Shown: positions 38,982-50,191, numbered from the stretch's first letter. The stretch is 64,000 nucleotides of DNA from Nitrospirota bacterium (GCA_963790205.1 CAWBNQ010000011.1:64001-128000); one strand, 5' to 3'. A program made the numbers and translations. The notes: generated by a model from the letters alone, not told the origin.

Positions 38982-39099
38982 TCGCAGTCTGTAGAGCAGG
39001 CACCCCGCGGGTATGCCGGTGTCCAATGCAAAAAGGCGGCACCAGGAAGCGGGAATTTATTAATCGCAGTATGGATTCCTACCAGGAGAACGTACATAA

Positions 39100-40404
39100 A
39101 TGATCCCTCGCTACAGCAGGCCGGAAATGGCCGGCCTCTGGGAACCGGAACATAGATACCGCGCATGGCTCGAAGTGGAACTCCTCGCCTGCGAGGCGAA
39201 CGCCAGACTCGGGCTGATACCGGCAAAGGCGCTCGCGAACATCAGGAAAAAGGCGGACTTCAGCGTCAAGCGGATCGACGCCCTCGAGAAAATCGTAAAG
39301 CACGATGTCATAGCGTTTCTCACGGCCGTGGGTGAACAGGTGGGGCCCGATTCCCGCTACATCCATCTGGGCCTTACCTCGTCCGATGTTCTTGATACAT
39401 CCCTTGCCGCTCTGATGCGGAAAGCCTCTGACCTTATCATCGGCGATATCAACACTCTTCTCAAAACCCTCAGGAAAAAAGCGCTGCAGCATAAAAATAC
39501 GGTCATGATCGGCCGCTCGCACGGAGTGCACGCCGAACCGGTCACCTTCGGTCTGAAGATGGCGCTCTGGTACGAGGAGATGGGGCGCGCGCTCGAACGC
39601 ATGCTGCGGGCGCGGGACGTGATCAGCGTGGGCAAGGTCTCCGGCGCGGTGGGTACCTTCGCGAACATCGATCCCTCCGTGGAAACCCATGTCTGCCGCA
39701 AGCTCGGGCTCAAGCCGGAGCCGGTCGCGACCCAGGTGGTGCAACGCGACCGGCATGCCGAATTTCTCTCAACGCTCGCGCTGATCGCATCGTCGATCGA
39801 AAAATTCTCCATCGAGCTCCGCCATCTTCAGCGGACCGAGGTGCTCGAAGCGGAAGAGTATTTTTCCGAGGGACAGAAGGGCTCGTCGGCCATGCCGCAC
39901 AAGCGCAACCCCATATCGGCCGAGAACCTCTCCGGCCTTGCCCGCGTTGTGCGGGCCAACGCGGTGGCGGCCATGGAGAACGTGGCATTATGGCACGAGC
40001 GGGACATCAGCCACTCGTCGGTCGAGCGTATCATCATTCCCGACAGCACGATCCTTATCGACTACATGCTCGCACGGTTCAACAACCTCGTGGACCGTCT
40101 CTTCGTGTACCCGAAAAACATGCAGCGCAACATGGAAATCTCGAAGGGACTGTTCCATTCCGAGACCGTGATGCTCGCGCTCGTCGAAAAGGGGATCGCG
40201 CGCGAGACCGCTTATTCCTACGTTCAACGGAACGCCATGAAAGTCTGGAAGAGCGGTGACGATTTCAAGCAGCTTCTGAAAAATGATCCTGACATCCGTA
40301 AATACCTGGACAAAAAAGAGATTGACGACTGCTTCGATATTTCACATACACTGAAGAAGGTGGATTACATTTTCAAGAGGGTGTTTGAGAAAAAGAACAA
40401 ATAA
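39100..40404 (+). CDS. purB: Adenylosuccinate lyase
   Basis: MIPRYS, GRSHGVHAEP, GSSAMPHKRNP, HERDISHSS. Confidence 0.96.
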   Translation: MIPRYSRPEMAGLWEPEHRYRAWLEVELLACEANARLGLIPAKALANIRKKADFSVKRIDALEKIVKHDVIAFLTAVGEQVGPDSRYIHLGLTSSDVLDTSLAALMRKASDLIIGDINTLLKTLRKKALQHKNTVMIGRSHGVHAEPVTFGLKMALWYEEMGRALERMLRARDVISVGKVSGAVGTFANIDPSVETHVCRKLGLKPEPVATQVVQRDRHAEFLSTLALIASSIEKFSIELRHLQRTEVLEAEEYFSEGQKGSSAMPHKRNPISAENLSGLARVVRANAVAAMENVALWHERDISHSSVERIIIPDSTILIDYMLARFNNLVDRLFVYPKNMQRNMEISKGLFHSETVMLALVEKGIARETAYSYVQRNAMKVWKSGDDFKQLLKNDPDIRKYLDKKEIDDCFDISHTLKKVDYIFKRVFEKKNK

Positions 40405-40495
40405 CTGGCCACGAGGCACAAAGTCGCGAAAAAGGACTTGGAGCTTCTTTTCTTAGTGCCGTAGCGTCCTCGTGGCAAAAGGAAGTGTATCGGGT

Positions 40496-41893
40496 ATGTT
40501 CGACAAGTTTCATGAAGAGTGCGGCGTATTTGGGATATTCGGCCATCCGGACGCGGCGAATCTCACGTATCTGGGGCTCTACGCGCTTCAGCATCGCGGA
40601 CAGGAGTCGGCCGGCATCGTATCGTCCGACGGCAAACAGCTTTACAACGTGAAGTCCATGGGCCTGGTCGCGGACATCTTCGATGAAGAACAGATAAAAA
40701 AACTTCCCGGCCATATGGCCATCGGACACAACCGGTATTCGACCACGGGCGACAGTATCGCGATCAATATCCAGCCTATCCTCGTGAACTTCGCGCTCGG
40801 CGGCCTCGCCGTCGCCCATAACGGCAACCTGGTCAACGCCGGCATCCTCAAGGACGAGCTCGAGGCCTACGGTTCCATCTTCCAGTCGACGATGGACAGC
40901 GAGGTGATCGTCCATCTTATCGCCCAGTCCCGCATGGCCACGCTTCACGAGCGGATCGTGGACGCCCTGAGTCATGTCCAGGGGTCGTACAGCCTGCTCC
41001 TCATTACCGAGGATGAGCTTATTGCGGTGCGCGACCCGAACGGGTTCCGGCCGCTTTCACTCGCGGAGCTGGACGGGGCCTATGTGGCGGCGTCCGAGAC
41101 CTGCGCCTTCGACCTGATCGAGGCGACCTATATCCGCGAGGTCGCGCCCGGAGAAATGGTGGTGATCAACAGCAAGGGTATCACCTCCACGTTTCCCTTC
41201 AAGCGCGCGGAACCTTCGCATTGCATCTTCGAATTTATCTACTTCGCCCGGCCCGACAGCATGGTCTTCGGTCAGAACGTGTATTCTATCCGCAAGGAGT
41301 TCGGGAGGCAGCTTGCGCGGGAGACCGGGGTGGAGGCCGATGTAGTGGTCCCGGTGCCGGACTCGGGTGTGCCCGCCGCCCTGGGATACGCCGAGGAAGC
41401 CGGGATTCCCTTTGACTTCGGTCTGATCAGAAATCATTATGTCGGCCGCACCTTTATCGAGCCGCGCCAGACCATCAGGCACTTCGGCGTCAAGATCAAG
41501 CTCAACCCGGTCAAGGACGCCCTCAAGGGCAAGCGTGTGGTCGTCGTGGACGATTCCATCGTGCGCGGCACGACGAGCAAAAAGATCATCAAGATGATCA
41601 GGAACGCGGGCGCGTCGGAGATCCACATGCGTATCAGCTCGCCGCCTACCTCCTATCCCTGTTTCTACGGCATCGACACGCCCACGAGACAGGAATTGAT
41701 CGCATCCACGCACAGTGTCGAGGAAATCCGGAAGTATATCACCGCCGACACCCTCGGGTATATCAGCATGGACGGGATCCAGAAAGTAGTGCCGCACCGG
41801 ATGAACTATTGCGCGGCCTGCTTCGACGGCGGGTACCCCGTGCCGTTCCCGGGGGAGAAGATGCTGCAGCTGGGGTTGTTCGATAAAGAATGA
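40496..41893 (+). CDS. purF: Amidophosphoribosyltransferase
   Basis: [37 protein letters not shown]. Confidence 0.96.
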   Translation: MFDKFHEECGVFGIFGHPDAANLTYLGLYALQHRGQESAGIVSSDGKQLYNVKSMGLVADIFDEEQIKKLPGHMAIGHNRYSTTGDSIAINIQPILVNFALGGLAVAHNGNLVNAGILKDELEAYGSIFQSTMDSEVIVHLIAQSRMATLHERIVDALSHVQGSYSLLLITEDELIAVRDPNGFRPLSLAELDGAYVAASETCAFDLIEATYIREVAPGEMVVINSKGITSTFPFKRAEPSHCIFEFIYFARPDSMVFGQNVYSIRKEFGRQLARETGVEADVVVPVPDSGVPAALGYAEEAGIPFDFGLIRNHYVGRTFIEPRQTIRHFGVKIKLNPVKDALKGKRVVVVDDSIVRGTTSKKIIKMIRNAGASEIHMRISSPPTSYPCFYGIDTPTRQELIASTHSVEEIRKYITADTLGYISMDGIQKVVPHRMNYCAACFDGGYPVPFPGEKMLQLGLFDKE

Positions 41894-41917
41894 ACCGATA
41901 CGGAATGATTGAAAAAA

Positions 41918-41993
41918 TGGTGCCGAGGCGCAGAATCGAACTGCGGACACGAGGCTTTTCAGGCCTCTGCTCTACCAACTGAGCTACCTCGGC
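41918..41993 (-). tRNA. tRNA-Phe(GAA)
   Basis: Cloverleaf; anticodon arm GAGGC-CTGAAAA-GCCTC; encoded CCA. Confidence 0.95.
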
Positions 41994-42184
41994 GTAGGGC
42001 GGGCTCAACTCAACAGGACGATAAAATAACAGAGTGGGGGGTTGATTGTCAAGCGATTTTTCTCTTCCGATGGCCATTCGAGCGGTACGCGTATTTTTTT
42101 GATAAAGAGAAGTACGTAACGGCATTTATCAGGTCTTCTTGGTATAATAATCTTCATTAAGAACGTTTTTTCTCAAAGCGACCT

Positions 42185-42928
42185 ATGAATAAAATTTTCT
42201 CACGACCTTCCTGCTTAAAAGACAAGGCATTCCGTTATTGTCCCGGGTGCAGCCACGGCGTTCTGCACAGGATCGTTGCGGAGACCATCGATCTCTTCGA
42301 CGTGCGCGACAGGACGATCGGGATCGCGCCGGTCGGATGCGCGGTCTTTGCGTATGACTATTTCGATATCGACATGATCGAGGTGCCCCACGGCAGGCCA
42401 CCGGCGATCGCCACCGGCATGAAACGGTCCAGGCCGCAGTCGGTGGTCTTCAGTTATCAGGGCGACGGCGATCTTGCCGCCATTGGTACGGCAGAGATCG
42501 TCCATGCTGCGGCACGCGGCGAGAACATTACCGTCATATTCGTCAACAACGGGAACTATGGCATGACCGGCGGACAGATGGCGCCTACGACGCTTCCCGG
42601 CCAAAAAACGACGACGACGCCTTTGGGCAGGGACGTGAAAGAAGCGGGCCATCCGATCAGGGTTTGCGAGATGCTCGCCACGCTCGACGGACCTGTCTAT
42701 ATCGAACGGGTCTCGGTTGATAGTCCCAAAAACGTTCTTGCTGCAAAGAAGGCCATTCGAAAGGCGTTTAAAAACCAGATCGACGGCGCCGGGTTCTCGT
42801 TTGTCGAGACCCTTTCCATGTGCCCCACGGACTGGGGAATGACCCCGAGTCAGGCCCTGGATTGGGTCCGAAACAACATGATGAAATACTACCCTCTGGG
42901 AGTCTTTAAAGACGAGAGGCGAGGGTAG
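42185..42928 (+). CDS. 2-oxoacid:ferredoxin oxidoreductase beta (TPP-binding) subunit
   Basis: YCPGCSHG, VGC, HGR, QGDGD, NNGNYGMTGGQ, CPT.W. Confidence 0.92.
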   Translation: MNKIFSRPSCLKDKAFRYCPGCSHGVLHRIVAETIDLFDVRDRTIGIAPVGCAVFAYDYFDIDMIEVPHGRPPAIATGMKRSRPQSVVFSYQGDGDLAAIGTAEIVHAAARGENITVIFVNNGNYGMTGGQMAPTTLPGQKTTTTPLGRDVKEAGHPIRVCEMLATLDGPVYIERVSVDSPKNVLAAKKAIRKAFKNQIDGAGFSFVETLSMCPTDWGMTPSQALDWVRNNMMKYYPLGVFKDERRG

Positions 42929-43049
42929 AGGCACGAGAGACGAAGGACGAAGGACGTAAAGATTTTTCGTCCGTCGTCCCAGCGAACGAAGTGAGCGGTC
43001 GTCCATCGTGAAGCAGAAGAGCGGTCGCCATCGCGCCGGGAGGTTTAAG

Positions 43050-43598
43050 ATGTACCAGGACGTCATGATAGCGGGTTTCGGAGGGCAGGGGGTGCTTCTC
43101 GCAGGGAAGCTCCTCGCGTACGCCGGCATGCTCGAGGGCAAGCACGTAACCTGGTTCCCGTCCTACGGAGCGGAGATCCGAGGCGGGACGGCGAATTGCA
43201 CGGTCATCATATCAAGCGATGAAATCGGCTCGCCCGTGGTCCAGAACCCGTCGGCCATGCTGATATTCAATGATGCATCGTTCAAGAAATTCGAGAAGAA
43301 GATCAAACAGGGCGGTCAGCTCTTTCTGAACACGTCGCTGGTACACGAACCCCCGACCCGGACGGACATCAGCAGGATCGAGGTCAAGGCAAACGACATC
43401 GCCGGTGAACTCGGCGATATCCGCATAGCGAACATGGTCATGCTCGGAACCTTTCTCAAGAAGACCGAAGTTGTAGCGCTCGAGTCGGTGCTGGCCGCGC
43501 TGAAACAGGTACTGCCGGCCCGCCGGCATTCGCTGATACCGGCGAATGAAAGAGCCCTCAAACGCGGAGCGGACGTGTGTTCCCAATGTGCCGCATAG
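43050..43598 (+). CDS. 2-oxoacid:ferredoxin oxidoreductase gamma subunit
   Basis: AGFGGQG, PSYGAEIRGG, NMVMLG. Confidence 0.92.
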   Translation: MYQDVMIAGFGGQGVLLAGKLLAYAGMLEGKHVTWFPSYGAEIRGGTANCTVIISSDEIGSPVVQNPSAMLIFNDASFKKFEKKIKQGGQLFLNTSLVHEPPTRTDISRIEVKANDIAGELGDIRIANMVMLGTFLKKTEVVALESVLAALKQVLPARRHSLIPANERALKRGADVCSQCAA

Positions 43599-43909
43599 AT
43601 TTCTCCGCGTTGTTTTTTATCGCTGTCCTGCAAAACACAGTGCTGCTCATACCTTCCTGAGATAGCGGACCGTCTTGCCCGCTGTCCACGCCATCAATCC
43701 GAACAGCGTAAAAATTGACTTGAACCAATACTGCCGGTGACATGGCATTCTTCCCACGGCTCAAGCCTTTCATTTTATTGACAAACAATGCTATTTCTTG
43801 TATCTTGGGTGATAATTATCATTGATTTATCTTGATAGCGGACGTGCGACACCCTGCTCGCTGCGGACGTGAGTAGTACGGGATTCAAGCCGGATACCGG
43901 AGCCATGAT

Positions 43910-44608
43910 TTGATCCCGCTAAAAGACATTAACCCGACGGAGCGTTTTCCGGTGGTGACGGCTTTTTTTATTGCCGTCAACATCGCTGTCTTTATCTACG
44001 AACTGTTGCTCGGTGCGGGAGCGCGGGAAACCTTCGTATCGTCCTTTGCCCTTGTTCCGCAAAGGCTGTTTTCCCGGGGGGCAGCGGCCCAAGGCTCGGT
44101 CCCGGTCGAAGCAACCCTGTTCACGTCGATGTTCGTGCACGGAGGGTTTCTCCATATTGCCGGCAACATGCTGTACCTCTGGATATTCGGCAACAACGTG
44201 GAAGACTCCATGGGCCGCATGCGTTTTATTTTATTTTATTTTTTCTGCGGCATTATTGCGGCGTATAGCCATGTTCTGGCGAACGCTTCTTCCGTGGTGC
44301 CCATGATCGGCGCGAGCGGCGCAATTTCAGGGGTCCTGGGCGCGTACCTGATGCTTTACCCGCGCGCCCGCGTACTGACACTGGTTGCCTTCGGCTTTTA
44401 CGTGCGGACCGTTGAACTTCCGGCGATGTTCGTCCTGGGGTTCTGGTTTGTGCTTCAGTTCCTCAGCGCGCTGGTATCGGCCGGGACCGGCGAAGGAGTT
44501 GCCTGGTATGCGCACGTCGGAGGGTTCGTGGCAGGCATTGCGTTTATCGGGTTATTCAAACGGAAAAAAGTGCCTTTTTGGGGCAGGAAGAGAGAAAGTG
44601 ATTTATGA
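43910..44608 (+). CDS. Rhomboid family intramembrane serine protease
   Basis: H....HIAGNMLYL, GASG catalytic Ser, AHVGG catalytic His. Confidence 0.92.
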   Translation: MIPLKDINPTERFPVVTAFFIAVNIAVFIYELLLGAGARETFVSSFALVPQRLFSRGAAAQGSVPVEATLFTSMFVHGGFLHIAGNMLYLWIFGNNVEDSMGRMRFILFYFFCGIIAAYSHVLANASSVVPMIGASGAISGVLGAYLMLYPRARVLTLVAFGFYVRTVELPAMFVLGFWFVLQFLSALVSAGTGEGVAWYAHVGGFVAGIAFIGLFKRKKVPFWGRKRESDL

Positions 44609-45681
44609 TCGTCCCGTGCGAATGCGGAGCAAAACTCAGGATCGATGATGCGAAGATAGGAGACCGGGGAGTAAGGGTGCGCTGTCCGCGCTGCGGCAAC
44701 ATATTGACTGCGCGCAGGGAAACAGCGGCCCCGGGGACGTCCGTACTGCCGAAGGCCGGGTTCCCCGCAGCAGCGACCTTACCGGTGGTCCTCGTGGCGC
44801 ATGACAGCGCTGTGGTCAGGGACACGATATGCGGCGTGGTGGCGGAGGCCGGTTTCGCGGCGGACACTGCGACCGACGGCGTTGAGGCCCTGAAAAAAGC
44901 CATGGAAAACAGGCCCCGGGCCATTGTGCTCGATGTGGGGCTTCCCGGCATTTACGGCTTTGAGCTCTGTGAGCGGCTGAAAGGGAGCCGGGAGACCAGC
45001 GATATCAAGATCATCCTTCTTTCATCCGTCTACGACATGAGACGGTATAAGCGGACCCCGGTAAGTCTTTACGGCGCCGACGACTATATTGAAAAACACC
45101 ATATTCCCGATTTTCTCCCGGCGAAACTGCAGAAGCTGATATACCCCGAACAATATGCATCCATACCGGCAACGCCGCCGGGGCATTCCCCGGGTGAGCT
45201 TCCTGAATCGGTGAAACCGCCGGCGCGGGAGTTTCAGCCGGCACTCCTGAGGCCGGAACAGCTTGCGCGAATGGAAGGGGATGCGCCGCAATTCCCACCC
45301 GTTCAGGATGCGATCCCGAAAGCGGCGGCGACGGACATCAGCGAAAGTCCTGCGATAATACCGGAGTCCTTCAGCCTTGATGCGTCCATCTTTCAGAAAG
45401 AGGAATGTGACATCCCCCGGGTGGATGAACTGGACCCCGAGGCGGTGGAGAAAGCGCGGCGGTTCGCCCGGATCATCGTGTCGGATATAGCGCTCTACAA
45501 CCAGGACGCGGTGGCAGAGGGGCTCCAAAGCGGCACGTTCTATGAACTACTCAAGACCGACGTGGATGAAGGCCGGGAACTCTATGAAAATAGGGTGCCG
45601 ACGGCCATCAGGGCGAAGAAAGATTATTATCAGGAGGCCTTTGATAATTTTATCTCCGCCCAGGGGAAGAATGTCCGTTGA
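44605..45681 (+). CDS. Zinc-ribbon + receiver-domain protein with C-terminal helical domain
   Basis: CECG...CPRC; DGVEAL, LDVGLPG receiver; ARRFARIIVSDIALYN C-terminal domain. Confidence 0.8.
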   Translation: MIVPCECGAKLRIDDAKIGDRGVRVRCPRCGNILTARRETAAPGTSVLPKAGFPAAATLPVVLVAHDSAVVRDTICGVVAEAGFAADTATDGVEALKKAMENRPRAIVLDVGLPGIYGFELCERLKGSRETSDIKIILLSSVYDMRRYKRTPVSLYGADDYIEKHHIPDFLPAKLQKLIYPEQYASIPATPPGHSPGELPESVKPPAREFQPALLRPEQLARMEGDAPQFPPVQDAIPKAAATDISESPAIIPESFSLDASIFQKEECDIPRVDELDPEAVEKARRFARIIVSDIALYNQDAVAEGLQSGTFYELLKTDVDEGRELYENRVPTAIRAKKDYYQEAFDNFISAQGKNVR

Positions 45682-45715
45682 CAGGGGGAAAAAGTTAGTA
45701 TATTATACGGCCTTG

Positions 45716-45793
<78 letters not shown>

Positions 45794-45947
45794 TTTTTTA
45801 CAATGTCATGACCGGGAGAGACTGGCAAAAGAAGCATCTCCCGGAGCGGCAGGGGACGATCGGGAAAGAGGAAAAACCGGCGCCCCTTCGATAGGAAAAG
45901 CATGGCGCACCCGGAGATCCTATTGTTTTTTGCCCGAAGAGGTATTC

Positions 45948-46919
45948 ATGAGTGAAAGGGAAAGACCTGTTGACGATCTGATGGACGCGCAGTCCTATAA
46001 TGGCAACCAAGAGGAACCCGAAGAAAAAGAAGAAACAGAAAAAACAAGTAACAGTAATAACGAAACTGCCGAAGGCGGCCCAGCCCAACGCGGGCTGGAC
46101 GCAATAAAGTATTACCTCAAGGAAATCAGGAAGACCCCTCTTCTTACCTTTGAGCAGGAACAGGAACTGGCCAAACGGATCGAAAAAGGCGACCAGGAAG
46201 CCCGGGCCAGGATGATAGAAGCCAACCTGCGGCTTGTCGTGGCGATCGGCAAAAAGTATATCAACCGGGGGCTGCAGTTTTCGGACATCATTGAAGAAGG
46301 CAACCTCGGCCTCATCAGGGCCGTCGAGAAGTTCCAGTACGAACGCGGTTTCAAATTCAGCACCTACGCCTCGTGGTGGATAAAGCAATCGATAGAAAGG
46401 GCCATCGTCAATCAAACGCGCACGATCCGCCTGCCAGTTCATATCGCCGAGATTGTCAATTCATACCTGCGCACCGTACGCCAGCTTACCCAATCGCTGG
46501 GGCGTGAGCCGCAAATAGAAGAAATCGCAAAAAAAATGAAGGTCACCGTCGACAAGGTGAGGAGCGTGTCCCAGGTCGTGCGGGAGACCTACTCGCTGGA
46601 CATGCTCATCGGCGATCAGGAAGAAGACACCCTTAAGGACATCCTGCAGGACGCGAATGCCGTGTCCCCGGCGAGTTTTTCCGATGAAATACGCAGGAAA
46701 GAATTCATCGATGAGTGGCTTCATCAGCTTTCGGTAAGCGAGCGCAGGGTCATCGAGCTGCGGTTCGGACTGGTTGACGGAGAGCCGAGGACGCTCGATG
46801 CTATCGGCAGGGAGTTCGGGATCACGCGGGAGCGCGTGCGGCAGATCGAAACGCAGGCGCTCAATAAACTCAGGGCCATTACCAAGCGGAAGAAGATCGA
46901 TTTCGAGGGAATGGTGTAA
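45948..46919 (+). CDS. Group 2 sigma-70 factor (RpoS-like)
   Basis: [41 protein letters not shown]; no region 1.1. Confidence 0.85.
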   Translation: MSERERPVDDLMDAQSYNGNQEEPEEKEETEKTSNSNNETAEGGPAQRGLDAIKYYLKEIRKTPLLTFEQEQELAKRIEKGDQEARARMIEANLRLVVAIGKKYINRGLQFSDIIEEGNLGLIRAVEKFQYERGFKFSTYASWWIKQSIERAIVNQTRTIRLPVHIAEIVNSYLRTVRQLTQSLGREPQIEEIAKKMKVTVDKVRSVSQVVRETYSLDMLIGDQEEDTLKDILQDANAVSPASFSDEIRRKEFIDEWLHQLSVSERRVIELRFGLVDGEPRTLDAIGREFGITRERVRQIETQALNKLRAITKRKKIDFEGMV

Positions 46920-47013
46920 CAAATTCGGAATGCGGAATAGAGAATGAGAAGCCGGGAGCTTCAGATTTTTTTTAATTCCGCACTCCGCATTCGACATTCC
47001 GCATTGAAAAATC

Positions 47014-47090
47014 GCCCCTGTAGCTCAGGTGGATAGAGCAGCGGTTTCCTAAACCGCGTGCCGGGTGTTCGAATCACCCCAGGGGCACCA
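47014..47090 (+). tRNA. tRNA-Arg(CCT)
   Basis: Anticodon arm GCGGT-TTCCTAA-ACCGC; CCA. Confidence 0.95.
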
Positions 47091-47105
47091 TAAAATCAAT
47101 ACGTT

Positions 47106-47133
47106 AAGGCCGTCATGATGACCGGCCTTTTTT
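47106..47133 (+). terminator. Rho-independent terminator after tRNA-Arg
   Basis: AAGGCCG...CGGCCTT stem + T-run. Confidence 0.7.
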
Positions 47134-47274
47134 CATGTCAGGCTGGCTGATAATAAAGCTGTGCCGAAACTGCCGGGGGAAAACCTATAAATTGTATGGG
47201 AGGAAGGGTTTTTATTCTTGACAAACCCTCTGAAATCTCATACAATTCGCTCTTGTTACGGAAATCATAACTAT

Positions 47275-47349
47275 AGGCTCGTAGCTCAGTGGGAGAGCGC
47301 TACCTTGACACGGTAGAGGTCGGCGGTTCGAAACCGCCCGGGCCTACCA
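47275..47349 (+). tRNA. tRNA-Val(GAC)
   Basis: Anticodon arm CTACC-TTGACAC-GGTAG; CCA; promoter TTGACA-N17-TACAAT at 47218-47246. Confidence 0.95.
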
Positions 47350-47392
47350 TGATTTTTTTGCCGTACGGTTATCCATCTATGTCATCTATCTT

Positions 47393-49328
47393 ATGAGTGA
47401 AATACAACTCAGGCTGCCTGACGGTCAGGTGAAAAGTATGCCAGCAGGCATCACCGGTCAGGAAGTTGCCGAGAAAATCGGCTCTCGCCTCGCTAAAGAC
47501 GCGCTTGCCATAAAATTAGACGGTCAACTTCAGGATCTCAACGTCCCCGTTGATCACCACGCCGCGATAGAGATCGTTACCTTTACCGCGCCGGAGGGCC
47601 GCGAAGTGTACTGGCACAGTACTTCGCACCTCATGGCGCAGGCGGTAAAACAGCTCTTTCCGCAGGCGAAGCTTGCGATCGGTCCGTCGATCGAAGAAGG
47701 GTTCTACTACGACTTCGATCTCGATCGTCCCTTTACGCCGGAAGATCTCGTTAAGATCGAGAAGAAGATGGCGGAGCTGGTCAAGTCGGCCATGCCGATC
47801 ACCCGGAAAGTTATTTCCAAGGCGGATGCCTTGTCGTTCTTTCAAAAGCTGGGTGAGACCTACAAGGTCGAACTGATCAGCGAGTTGCCCGATGACGGCA
47901 CGATCTCGCTCTACGAGCAAGGCGATTTTGCGGACCTCTGCCGAGGGCCGCATGTGTCGTCGACATCGAAGATAAAGTCCTTCAAGCTCCTCTCCATTGC
48001 CGGCGCCTACTGGCGCGGCAGCGAGAAGAACAGGATGCTCCAGCGGATCTACGGCATCTCGTTTCCCGCGAAGGAAGCGCTGGACGCGTACCTTGCGAGG
48101 CTCGAGGAGATCAAGCGGCGTGATCACCGCAAGCTCGGCAAGGACCTGGACCTGTTCTCCGTATCCGACGAGGTGGGAGGCGGACTGGTCCTGTGGCACC
48201 CGCGGGGCGCGCTCATCAGAAAAACGATCGAGGACTTCTGGCGCGACGAACATCAGAAGAGCGGCTACGATTTTGTGTACTCGCCCCACGTCGGGCGGGG
48301 CGTCCTCTGGGAGACCTCGGGCCATCTCGGTTTTTACAGGGAGAACATGTATTCTTCCATGGACGTGGAGGGGCAGGAGTATTACGTGAAGCCCATGAAC
48401 TGCCCCTTCCACATCATGATCTATAAGAACAAGCTCCGTTCGTACCGGGAATTGCCCCTGCGCTACGCGGAGCTCGGCACGGTGTACCGGTTTGAGCGCT
48501 CCGGCGTGCTGCACGGGCTTTTGCGCGTTCGCGGCTTCACCCAGGACGACGCCCATATCTTCGTTGCCCCCGAGCAGATGGAAGCAGAGGTCATACGGGT
48601 CATCGAGTTCGTCGTAAAAATGCTTCGGACGTTTGGATTTGATGATTTCAAAGCATACATCGCGACTCGCCCGGAGAAATCGGTCGGCGAGAACGCCCTG
48701 TGGGAACAGGCTACGCAGGCACTCAAGGTCGCTGCTGATAAGGTCGGCCTTGGATACGAGATTGATGAAGGCGGCGGTGCCTTTTACGGCCCGAAGATAG
48801 ACATCAAGATCAAGGACGCCCTGGGACGGTTATGGCAGTGTTCCACGGTCCAGTTCGACTTCAACATGTCCGAACGGTTCGACATGACCTTTGTCGGGGT
48901 CGACAACCAGGCCCATCGGCCGTACATGATCCACCGGGCGCTGCTTGGGCTCGATCGAGCGGTTTTTCGGCATGTTGATCGAGCACTATGCCGGCGCGTT
49001 CCCGGTCTGGCTTGCGCCGGTCCAGGCAAAGGTTATGTCCATCACTGACAAGCAGTTCGAGTACGCCAAGGGTGTTCGCGAAAAACTGCTCGCCGCGGGG
49101 ATCAGAACGGAACTCGACACCCGGTCGGAAAAAATCGGGTTCAAGATCCGTGAGGCTGCCCTTGAAAAGGTGCCGTACGTACTGGTAGCCGGGGACAAGG
49201 AAGTGGAACAGAATGGAGTTGCGGTAAGGGAACGCGGGGGAAAAGACCTCGGCGTGATGCCGCTCCAGGATTTCATCGACAAAGTTCAAAAGAAAATTAA
49301 AGATAAAAGCATAACCATCGAAATCTAA
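47393..49328 (+). CDS. thrS: Threonyl-tRNA synthetase; +1 frameshift near 48950 (likely sequence error)
   Basis: TGS domain, [35 protein letters not shown] then SIERFFG in next frame. Confidence 0.92.
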
Positions 49329-49342
49329 GGGGGTGATCGTTT

Positions 49343-49864
49343 ATCACTAAAATTACTACCAGAATTAATTTCATGATCAAGGTGAAAGAGGTCCGTGTCA
49401 TCTCTTCGGAAGGCGAACAGCTGGGGGTCCTGGACACGAGGGAAGCGATCAAAAAAGCCGAAGAAGCCGGGCTCGACCTGGTTGAAGTGGCTCCCACGGC
49501 CAAGCCGCCGGTCTGCCGCATCATGGACTTCGGGAAATACAAGTATGAGCTTGCCAAGAAGGCCCACGAGTCCAAAAAACATCAGACCGTCATTCTCGTC
49601 AAGGAAGTCAAGCTGAGGCCGCGGACCGACGAACACGATGTCCAGTTCAAAACGAACAACATCAAGCGGTTTCTCGCAGACGGGCACAAGGTCAAGGTGA
49701 GCGTCATGTTCCGCGGCAGGGAAATGGCGCATACTTCCCACGGCAGGGCGGTCCTCGACCGTATCGTCGTGGACCTGCAAAATGAGGCCGTTGTCGAGCA
49801 GTCGCCCCGCATGGAAGGCAGGAACATGATGCTGTTGCTCGGGCCCAAGGCTGCCAAGGCGTAA
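49343..49864 (+). CDS. infC: Translation initiation factor IF-3, non-canonical start (ATC at 49343 or ATT at 49352)
   Basis: Conserved RIN lies upstream of ATG 49373; in-frame TGA at 49334; GGGGGTG SD 7 nt before the ATC. Confidence 0.9.
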   Translation: MTKITTRINFMIKVKEVRVISSEGEQLGVLDTREAIKKAEEAGLDLVEVAPTAKPPVCRIMDFGKYKYELAKKAHESKKHQTVILVKEVKLRPRTDEHDVQFKTNNIKRFLADGHKVKVSVMFRGREMAHTSHGRAVLDRIVVDLQNEAVVEQSPRMEGRNMMLLLGPKAAKA

Positions 49865-49972
49865 GAGCGGTCCGGTTGACGATTGAGGTGGAACATCCTG
49901 CGGAAAATTTTTCCGCTGTTCATAAGCTATGTCAAGACATCTAATATAAATTTGCAGGAAGGGGAAACGATA

Positions 49973-50191
49973 ATGGCGAAAGTGAAAAAAATAAAATTAA
50001 AGACCAATCGCAGCGCCGCCAAGAGACTGAAGATAACCGGCACAGGCAAGATTACGAGGCACAAGGGCTGGAAGGGACATTTGCTGTCCGGCAAGAACGC
50101 TTCGCGCAGGAGACGCCTGACCGGTTCGTTCGAGGTGGACAAGGACAATCAGAAAAATATGAAACAGTTGCTCCCGTACGGAAAGAAGTAA
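49973..50191 (+). CDS. rpmI: 50S ribosomal protein L35
   Basis: KLKTNRSAAKRLKITGTGK, HLL; between infC and rplT. Confidence 0.92.
   Translation: MAKVKKIKLKTNRSAAKRLKITGTGKITRHKGWKGHLLSGKNASRRRRLTGSFEVDKDNQKNMKQLLPYGKK

Noticed and set aside
38994..39060. NiCo-riboswitch-like start (GAGCAGGC...GCCGG...GCGGCA) upstream of purB
   Set aside because: The 3' conserved part is not visible and the gene context does not fit; would need an Infernal hit
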